Source of the DNA: Octopus vulgaris
Lineage: Eukaryota
Assembly: GCA_951406725.2 (NCBI GenBank)
Contig: OX597814.1
Span: 37,386,001-37,450,000 of the forward strand
DNA: 64,000 nt
Reading direction: 5' to 3'
The position numbers were made by a program, and so were the translations under genes. The notes under the pieces were generated by a model. The model was given only the letters and a program-made list of their open reading frames with translations. It had not been told where the DNA came from and searched no databases. Of the stretch, positions 54,645 to 64,000 are shown piece after piece. How positions within the stretch are numbered: position 1 is the first letter of the stretch; every line of letters starts with the position of its first letter.

Positions 54645-56770
54645 TATTTTTTTTATTAGCCACTGAGGGCCCAATATAGAAGGGACGGCGCAAGGACAGA
54701 CAACACAAAGTGGGGACATAAAACATAGGCGAATGAATGGGGTGAATTATAAAATAAATGACGATGAGATGGCTACTCGAACTCCACCTTCGGGTAGTAT
54801 CATTTGACATTTTTCACTTTATTTGTTTGATTGCTCATCAATTTAGTATCAAGAAAAGACTTCCTTTCGTCATATTATTTATGGTTTTAGATCCTCATAT
54901 TCCACCACCGGAGGTAGTGTCAAATATCCCCTCCAGTCCTTGTGCGTCTATGCTTTTCCCTATTTTTCTTTGAATTTCTTAATTTTCTGTGTCACGTCTG
55001 CTGTGTAGTCTTTTTCTGGCATTACAATTTTTATGGCTGCTTTTATTATATTTATCTTTTTCTCAATGGCCGAACACTTCGTACAGATTATAATATATGT
55101 CCTGTTTTTTATACTCGGCCAGAGAGGGTTGCCGATTATGTATGTCTCTTTCTGTGTCTATTTGTGCGTCTGTATACCTATCGGGAGAAGCTGGGTTGTT
55201 TGCGGTGATGGTTTTTTTCTTGGGTATCTGCAGAGGTGAAGTAGGTGTACCATTTGCCTGTCTTTTCTGCGTGTTGGGTAATGTGTGTTGTTCGATTTAC
55301 ATTTTTTCTTCTTTTTTTTTTAACTCTTTCTGCTTCCTGCTTGGAATTTCCTGGAATTCTTCGACTGTGTGTGTTGATTGTGTGTTTTAGATGTCGTTGT
55401 TCTTCTTGTGGTTTTCCTTCTCAGATATTTGGTTATTAAGTTGGGGAAAATTCGCTTTTATATGTCCCCTCGTCCTACAGTGGTAATTGTTGGGAGGTCT
55501 CTCCTCTACCACCACTCGTAGCTTTACATCTTCGGGTAGCTAGATTTCCTAGATTATATCTTCTAGATCTAATTGGGTGGCCTAGATTACAACTTCAAAG
55601 CCATAGAAACCCAGCAGTTCATTTCTTTTGTTCTCATTGTATGCAAAATTGTTATTGATATTTTTGGAGGTGAGTTCCTTGACGCCTTCTTCTTATTGCT
55701 TTGAACTTCCCGGGATTCTTCAACTGTGTGCTGTATCTGTGTTTTCAATGTCGTTGTTATTCTTGTCTCCCCACCCCAGGCAATTGGTTATTACTTTGGG
55801 GATAATTGACTTTTATATCTCCCCTCCTAATACAGTGGTAGTAGTTGGAATGTCTCCCCTCTACCATCACCAGTATATTTACATCTTCAAGCAGCTCATC
55901 TTTTTCAGATCTAGTTGGGTGGGTTGGATTACAAATTTCAAGCCACAGCCCCATCACTTCATTTGTTTCGTCTTTGTTGCATACAGTATTGTTGGCCTTT
56001 CCTTCGTTTCCATCAATATTGCAGCTATCAGCCACATTTCAGCTATCTCGGTGGGGGCACCATGCCAAACTTCACTCTTGCAACACGCTTGCCGAGATAA
56101 GTTCGTAGGAACCCCCATTCCACCGTCTTAAATGGTGTCGTGGAGTATTTTATTGCACCTCTACGGTGGAAAAACGCTCTTCCACTGTACCGAAGCGTCT
56201 TCTACTGTAGAATACAATGTTATTTTTAACTCTGTGAAGGAAATCTTCTAATACCTCCTCACTCGCCATCTCAATGTTCTAGTTTTTAAAGACAGTTCTG
56301 TATGTCACGAATTTTTGCTTTTTTTATTTTGGTGACATTTTCAGGGCGTGTCCCCTTCAAATTTGACCCCTCCATCTGTATCAATTTTCGGCTTTCTTCT
56401 CATTCTTGTACGTTAACCATTTCCTCCTCAATTTGAGGAGGTTATCGGTGGCTGCATTCTTGTCATAGCTGGCTACGGAAGCGTAGCTCCCGGCTCGAAC
56501 AGGCTCGGGCGCCTTGGGCTATTTCCATAGGTTTTGCTAATTTTCGCCCTACAATGGGATGGAATAGAGAGAAGGCAACAAACAAAATCACAGCCCGCAT
56601 GCAAAACAGTTAAAATCGTCAACAAGATCAGCAATAGGTACTAAGCCTTTAACAATTAACTGAAAACACCAAAAGCGATTAATGCGGAAATTGACTATTA
56701 GTTTTACAAAGGCGAGATAGAGGAGACAGAGTTAAAAAAAAATTATAATACGGTAGTACGACACAATGAA
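54645..56770 (-). mobile_element. ORF1-only (HAL1-like) non-LTR element with a duplicated zinc-knuckle region
   Basis: GSYASVA..TYLGKRVARV..EMWLIAAIL..VMVEGR..YHC..RGDIK, repeated as VVVEERPP..YHC..RGHIK; ends in AATAAA plus an A-run; no APE/RT motifs seen. Confidence 0.65.
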
Positions 56771-57521
56771 AAAACATCCATTTTAGACAAGGGGGTGAAC
56801 GCTTTATTTATCAAATCATTAATGCTAAAAGACAAACTCGGACTTAAACTAGTGGGTAGAGGGGCTGAAAAATAGCAGCTTCGCACTCTGTTTGACTGAC
56901 AAAGTATGTTATTTTCATATGAAACAATAAACTTTCACCGTATCGTACATGACACACATACACACACACACATATATATATGTATACATATATACACATA
57001 TACATATATATATATACATATATATATAGAGAGAGATATATGTATATGTATGTATATAAAACCACTAAACCTATTACTCATCACCAACAAGAGCAACGTA
57101 AACATAACCGTCACCAGCTCCATCACCGTCGTCTCATCATCACCATTATTATTTTCTTCATCGTCTTTATCAGCACACAAACAATCGAATATATGATAAA
57201 TTTTAAACTCACAACCATTTTGACATTTTATTTCTAGCCAGTATTTATACTTCGTTTTTCTGTCAATCTTTCAAATAGATATTGTCTGTACGTCCATCAA
57301 TATTAAGAATATAGCTTACGCAAAATCAATTAAAACAATATTTTTGTGCAGCATAAGATATAAACACTGCATTGATTGAAAGTACATTAACAATATTAAA
57401 TTTCTATATAACAAAATGTATATTATTACAAAAGTATCACAGTAGAGCTGATTTGTAGCCAGTGTTCCTCAGTCAACTAGGGCTCCCTGAGAGATAGTTT
57501 TTCCGTGAGTTGTGATAAATA

Positions 57522-57780
57522 AACTGATTGTTGCCCCCGTCGGATTTGACGTATGAGTGATTGAAGAAAAGGGCTTAGCGTTAAAGAGAATAATACAAAA
57601 GAGAAAAAAAAGACGAAGCAGTTGCATCCATTGGCGATGGACGTGTGAATGTAATTGCAGTCGAGGTATGTATCTTGCTATGAAGTCACAATTAGGACAT
57701 TGGTGATTTTCATTTTGCCTCGGAATTGACAAGTGTGCCTGTTGATCACGAGATATAGTTCTTCTGGTATTTTTTTCTTT
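57522..57780 (-). mobile_element. RTE-clade LINE 3' end
   Basis: C-terminal CPNC...LHSHVH finger, then tail cgtcaaatccgacgggggcaac. Confidence 0.55.
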
Positions 57781-57782
57781 AA

Positions 57783-59055
57783 CACAAATTGTTTGGACGC
57801 ATCGTGGAAACACCTGAAAATTTCAAACAAATTTATTTTAATATGGGGTAGGACCTCCTTTGGATGTAATTACAGCTCGAATGTTAGGAGATATGGACTC
57901 GTACATAGCTTGAATTGTTTCCAAAGGAATTTCTGTTCATTTTTCAGCTAAAACAGTCTTTAGTTCTTGTAGAGATGATGGTAGAGGATATCGACTCCTT
58001 ATTTGTTTTTCTAAATTGCATCATAAATGTTGAATAATACTGAGATCCGGAGACTGTGGTGGTCAGATAAGATGTTCAACTTCACTAGAATATTCCTCAT
58101 ACGATTCAGTAACAACTTTAGCTGTGCAAATTGGTGCATTATCAACATAAAATATTGCGTTCCCTGTGAAAACAGTTGCGAAATCATAGGATGAATTTGA
58201 TCAGATAAAATGCTTAAATAGTCCTGACTAATAATTCTTTCATGTAGGGAAAACATTGGGCCGGCGGATTTCTAAGATACAGCCCACCAGATCATCACAG
58301 ATATTCCTCTAACTTTAACAGTGAGAATAATGCAGTCTGGGTCAAATACTTCTTTTGGCTATCTCCACAGGTATACTCAGCCGGTAGTCGGAAATAAGGT
58401 AAAGGATGGCTTGTCCGAGAAAATAACATTCTTCGACTGCTCTAGGGACGAATCCTGTAGGTTTTTACTTCACTCTAATCGCTTTGCAACGTTCGTTTTT
58501 GAAAGTAGTAGTTCTCTGATTGCAACCCTCCCGTCAAGTCCTGCTTTGTGCAGCTCCCGGCAAAAAGGTTTCGTGGAAAGTGGATTCTTGAGGTGGTCAT
58601 TAATCTCTGCAGTTATTTTGGGAGCTGTACTTTTGTGTTCCTTTCTAACAATTCACGTAAGAATCTGACGGTTCCTATCTGAATGTTTTGGTTTTCTTCC
58701 GGAGTTTTCTTTCCACGGGGAGGTTTTATTTCCTCTTTCTCAAAGGCTGTCATTACTTTCGAGACAGTACTTCTTGATACACCAAACATTTCGGATGCAT
58801 TTGTACTCTAGCGCCTGCCATAAGAATACCAACAATTTGACGTCATTGAAATTCTGATAGATCTGTCATTTTAATGAATTTGATTACCTTACTCTGATGA
58901 TATCAGAAGAGAAACAGCAATTTTAGCAAAATATATCAAACAACACTAATAATAGATAAAGAAGACACAAAAATGTATGATTTGACGGTCTTATAGATAT
59001 TTCAAAATGATGTTGTGATGCTAGGTGTTTCCATTATTTTGTCCAAACCATACAT
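57783..59055 (-). mobile_element. Tc1-family DNA transposon (decayed)
   Basis: TIR-like tttggac...tggaaacacct at both ends; MTDLSEFQ.RQIVG..GVSRSTVSKV, PPQSPDLSII and VITSKGGPTPY. Confidence 0.9.
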
Positions 59056-59079
59056 ACGTGTGTGAATGTGTGTATGCGT

Positions 59080-59287
59080 TTTGTGTCTGTCTTGGTCCCT
59101 CTACCATCGCTTTACCACCGATGTTGGTGTTTTACATCCCCCTTGACCTAGCGTTTCGGCAAAAGAGATCGATAAACTGAGTACCAGACTTACAAAGAAT
59201 AAGTCCAAGAGACGATTTCTCCGGCAAAAAGCGGTGCTCCAACATGGCCACAGTAAAAATGACAAACAAATAAAAGGATAAAAGAGT
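59080..59287 (+). mobile_element. cephalopod-type SINE 3' portion
   Basis: Resembles an abundant octopus SINE body (recognised from memory); partial minus copy at about 28670-28730. Confidence 0.6.
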
Positions 59288-60204
59288 AAAATAATACTAA
59301 ATTCCTTGGTTTATTTCCCACTATATAATACCAAATGTAGGGATTACGTGGCATTTGTATAAGAAAGGAGACTTAAAGAAAAAATGATTTTATGACAGTG
59401 TAACACGAATTTTGACCTTGGTAACAACTGTTTTTTTGTAGTTCTTACCCTATGGAAGTGTGAAAAAGGGTTAATATTCCAGTCAATCTTTGCTTTTGTT
59501 AGATTATTCATACCTCAAAGAATCCTTCTCACCTCATGGCTATGAAGCTTCCGCACTACTCCTGCTCATGACCAGAGATACATATATTGTCAGTTACTGA
59601 AGGACATGACCAACTGTTTAAGGTGAAACAAGTGACAAGCAAGTCTGTGGTATTTAGCAGAATACTTGCTGTAACGATATTTCTCTTTCAGCAACTAAGT
59701 GTTGAATGTTTCTGAAATGTAATGGAAAATAGGTTAGTTTCAAAACCTAGATGTCAAGGTCACAAAAGAAAGTCAGAAGTGAATAGCTGTCATTTCTTTT
59801 GATTCCTTGATTGAAACAAATAGGAAATAACATTTACTGACCAAAGAAAAAAAAAACTATTTATATAAATAAAATTTTTTTATCATTTTTGCTTAATATC
59901 ACTTCATTCACTCTATCTATCAGTATATGTACCAATTTGAGATTTGACATCTGGGTAGGATAAATATGGTTGTAGTTGAAAATGTGCTGTGTAATACGAT
60001 TAAAACTAACGTGTTACTTATCATCAGAAAATAATTAAAAGTCAGTTGCACCTCTTCCCAATTTGCATAAAATATATAGAGACAAGATTTCGTTTAGATT
60101 ATCTTATTAAACTTACTTGAAATTTTTATTTGTGTATGGATGTTAAATTTTCTTAAAGTGCATGTATTTTAATGAGTGGTCTAAATGATTGAAATATTTT
60201 TATT

Positions 60205-60398
60205 CGCGAGCTGCCTGAATCATCAGCACGCCGGGCAAAATTCATAGCGGCTTCGTCTGTCTTCAAGTACCTCAGAGGTCGACTTTGCCCTTTATTCTTT
60301 CAGAGTGGATAAAATATGTAGAATTTGAGCACCGGGCCCGAGGTAATCGACATATTTCTTCACCCGAAATTATTTGCCTAGGGACAAAATTCGAAATT
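60205..60398 (+). mobile_element. decayed tRNA/CORE-type SINE
   Basis: gagctgcc.gaatc.tcagcacgccgggcaaaa head and gaggtcgactttgccctt...ataaaat CORE-like segment. Confidence 0.65.
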
Positions 60399-61444
60399 AA
60401 CATTTCTATTCGAATTTATGATGTAAATGTAACTCAGGAGCATTCCTATATTGTTTTCACCATTACGGCATATCACAAACAAGTATCATAAGCTGGAGAG
60501 ACTTGATGATACAGGAACGTTTCCGTTGCGTTATCTAGTTTACTAGATACCTTGTCTATATTCTTTGAACGTTTCAAATAATTATTATTATGAATTTAGA
60601 TTAGGCGTTCTGCACTAAGGTTTCAAAACTTAAATACTCGAATACTGGCAATATTCACTATATTGCTTACTCCAACAGATCGTAGTTACATTTTGTATTT
60701 AGAAATACTTTGTTATTTACATTCATCTCATTGGTCGATTGTTTCATTACAACTCCATTAACATCTTCTTTTACACTACCCATAAAAACTTCATAGACAA
60801 CTCGATATTATTTAATATTAACAGACACAAACACACACGCGCACACATATACATACGCACACATATCGATGAATGTATATATATACACATATGCATACAT
60901 CTACATATATCTTTGTATGTGTCTATGTATACAAACATATACATAAATATATACGGGTGGATGTTCGTGTATTTTGATTGTATTTTAATAAACTTTTGAT
61001 TACGCTCATTAAGTGTCCTTTTGTACATATTATTTGGTTGTGTGTGAATTCGCAATTTATTCCGAAACTACAAAAGGAATTACACCAAACCATATATATT
61101 GTTATATACCATCTCACAGAGAAATTTTTACAAGTTGTATTTGATATATACAACAACGGCGTATTTCATAACATTTCATATATATATCGAATTACATCGG
61201 AAAAGCTAGACATTGCGTCATTCCTTCTGTATTCCCTAAATAAATAAATGCACAAAATCGACGTCAGAATAAAGCAATTATAAATATGTGGGTCTCAAGA
61301 TTTACTCATAGAACCGGAAAAAGTTAATTGTCTACGGAGAAATATATCATCACTACGTCAAACCTTAAAATTTTCATTAACCTTTAAAAATTTTCACAAT
61401 TGCAACCAAACATAAAAGATCCGAAAGATATCTCAGCGATTAAA

Positions 61445-61780
61445 TATCATGGAAGCCTTTGTACCAAACTTTGGCATTAAAGTTACACGATCAACAGAAG
61501 GGGCACCGCTGCATAGTCCCAAAGATATAAGTGTCACCATCAAAATACAGGACTAGATAATGCAACAGCTTCGGTTACAAGGGCCCATATTTCTTCAATA
61601 TCATTGCAACATGCCTGAGAGAACTGCATGCTATGGATGCAGGTGTCTTCAAATCAAACTGGATCTCCTCCTGTCAAGAGTACGAGGCGTGTCTACCACA
61701 CAACAGGAAACATAGATGGCGGCAGTAGTATTCGCCTCCCTCAATCACTAAAGACCACACATCAGAGGATGTTTGAAATA
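61445..61780 (+). mobile_element. CR1-group LINE 3' end
   Basis: VPNFGI..HRCIVPK..CNSFGYKGPYFFNII..LRELH..VFK..LDLLLS. Confidence 0.7.
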
Positions 61781-61881
61781 ATGGTGTAATATTTTAAAGA
61801 ATTAAATAATTAAAGCTTACACACACACACATAATATATATACATACATACAAATATATATAACTGCATAAATAAATAAAC

Positions 61882-61917
<36 letters not shown>

Positions 61918-61922
<5 letters not shown>

Positions 61923-63882
61923 TGGAGTTAAGCGCAGGTGTTATTCAAATTATTTTACTTCCGATATATATTTCGAAGATATCACTGGTATTATTCCAAA
62001 GGAATAAAATGGTATAAAATAATGTAATCTTCTCTTCAGGGAAATGGAGAAATGAAACCCGTCAATACGACATTTTAACAGAAAATGATGGATATGTATA
62101 GTGATTAAGTGAACGCTATTAAGATTGTTTCAAGAAAGCGTTATAGGATATAACGACAAAGGTAGCCTATAGAAAGAGAAGGGCAAAAGAAAGAAAAACT
62201 AAATAAATGAGAAGTATATAACTATATGAATATTAAATAAAACCATATAGACTTGGAAAAAGATATATCTAGTGAATGTGAAATGTAAGACGAAAATTAA
62301 TGTTTATATTATATATAATGATAGATATCACTTATATGAACTAAAGGTGTGTTTCTGCCAATGTTTACATCGGTATGCACGCTCTATAACCGTGTTTACA
62401 AGTGGATATTTAGAAAAAAGAATAAAACACAGTTCAGAATTACACAGAAGACATAATTCCTTGCCTTTGTCATAAGGTATTCAGATTGAGAGAATCAACC
62501 AATCTAAATTAAATTGTTTATTGTGGTCTTTTGGATCCCACATTAATTTACTAAGCCCTCTTCGGTTACGTTTATTTTTATCATGTAGAGTAATGATTGG
62601 AAATACTTTTAGATAACTGAGATGTTCTTCTTATATTAAATTATACTTCATTATCAGTGGAGATTTTACACTTATATATAGAATTTATAATTTCAGACTT
62701 ACTTGACATGAAGTTGATTCTTTTGTAATTGACTTCAGATACAATAACCTTGTTATAAATATTTCTAGGGGGATGGATGGTATTAGCTAAACTAATGTTA
62801 GTAGTAGTAAATGTATCAATATTTAACAGGTTAATATTATGTGAAGAGATAATTTGTAAGAGATTTTAAGTGTTGGAAAAACCAATGCTAACCGCGTGTG
62901 AGTTGATAATAGGGTAATACGTAGAATTCTTTGGAAAACTCCTAATAATAGCTTCACGAAACTGCAAAGGAAGATTAGATTTAATGTGTCTTCCATATGG
63001 AATAATTAACCAAATGGTTTTACTATTAGTTACATTATTTTTAGTGTAACTATTTTTGAAAAATATAGATTTACCTTCAAAATGAAAATATGGGATTAAA
63101 TAAGGGTTATCTCCTTACCCCTGTTTGGTTTTGGTGTATAAATTAAAATTGATATCGTTCATATTCTTAGAACTAGATTTCATATCTAGATTAGTAAAGG
63201 TAGAATAAGATTGAATGGAATTAATGTAGGTATCTTTTTCTGTATAACCTGCTTTAAGTAAGGCAGGGTTATAAAATTCGGCCTTATCATTGAAAATGAC
63301 AACATTAGCAGAGAATCTAAATGAAATATTCTTAACTCAGTTCCTAGTAATTGCCCTTGAATGATTACTGAATTTACTAATACACTTAAGATTGGTCGAT
63401 GGTCTGTGGTATGGAAATTAAGAGTGTAAGTAAGTGTAATATCTAAAAAGTTGGCCTTCGTCAAATCATCATCAAAAACGAGACCATTCTACGGAAAACA
63501 TTGATTTTATTCTTACAACTCACATTCACTAGATATATATTTTTTCCTAGTCTGTATGATTTTATTTAATAAACATATAGTTATTTACTTCTTATTTATT
63601 TAATTTTTCATTCCATTATCCCCCCTCTTTCTATAGGCTACCTTTGACGTTATATCCTCTAACGTTTTTTGAAACAATCTTAATAGCGTACTCTTAATCA
63701 CTATACGTATCCATCATTTTCTGTTAAAATGTATTGACGAGTTTTATTTCTTAATTTCCCTGAAAGGAAGATTACAATGTTTTACACCATTCTATTTCTT
63801 TGGAATAATATCAGTGACATGTGTCGGAAGAAAAAAAGAATTTGAATAACACCTGCGTTTAACTCCATTTATTTATTTATAT
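61918..63882 (-). mobile_element. Penelope-like element, 5'-truncated, with an inverted terminal (pseudo-LTR) duplication
   Basis: ANFLDITL, PYHRP..ISKFSNH, YNPALLKAGY, FPKNS..IISSHN, IYKC and CLLCNSE..RCKH; 61918-62300 is inverted at 63499-63882; abuts (TA)n. Confidence 0.9.
61959..62043 (-). ncRNA. type I hammerhead ribozyme in the PLE 3' end
   Basis: TTCC CTGAAGA GAAGAT...ATCTTC GAAA tatata TC GGAA; AUC site; palindromic helix III. Confidence 0.88.
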
Positions 63883-64000
63883 AAATTTTTTTCAAAATAT
63901 TTAACGTAAACCCGAATTTTCTACCTCTAAAAACAAGGAGTTACAACCTTTTTACTTGTGTGATTTTTTTGCTACCCTCTGTAACTATTTATATATTTTT

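Overview
AT-rich, microsatellite-dense eukaryotic DNA. From the SINE and repeat families it is probably a coleoid cephalopod (Octopus-like); this is an inference. I found no host protein-coding gene I can support, and most listed ORFs are translations of (TA)n/(TAA)n/(GAA)n tracts or decayed transposons. The window holds an L1/Tx1 RT fragment, many R4/Dong-type (restriction-like endonuclease, RLE) retroelement 3' ends stacked in (TAA)n tracts, a near-complete mariner, a decayed Tc1, RTE-derived pieces, tRNA/CORE-type SINEs, ORF1-only elements, and three Penelope-like element (PLE) remnants with RT/GIY-YIG motifs. The most striking signal is a recurring class of non-coding elements, mostly foldbacks (inverted repeats) beside (TA)n tracts, that carry type I hammerhead ribozyme (HHR) cores (CUGAnGA...GAAA...NUH with pairing helices) pointing outward. 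About ten loci from unrelated sequence families show this. They include a perfect 162-bp-arm palindrome with two intact hammerheads, a tRNA-headed palindromic version, and a coding PLE (61.9-63.9 kb) with the same architecture that suggests their origin. All folds and alignments were done by eye.
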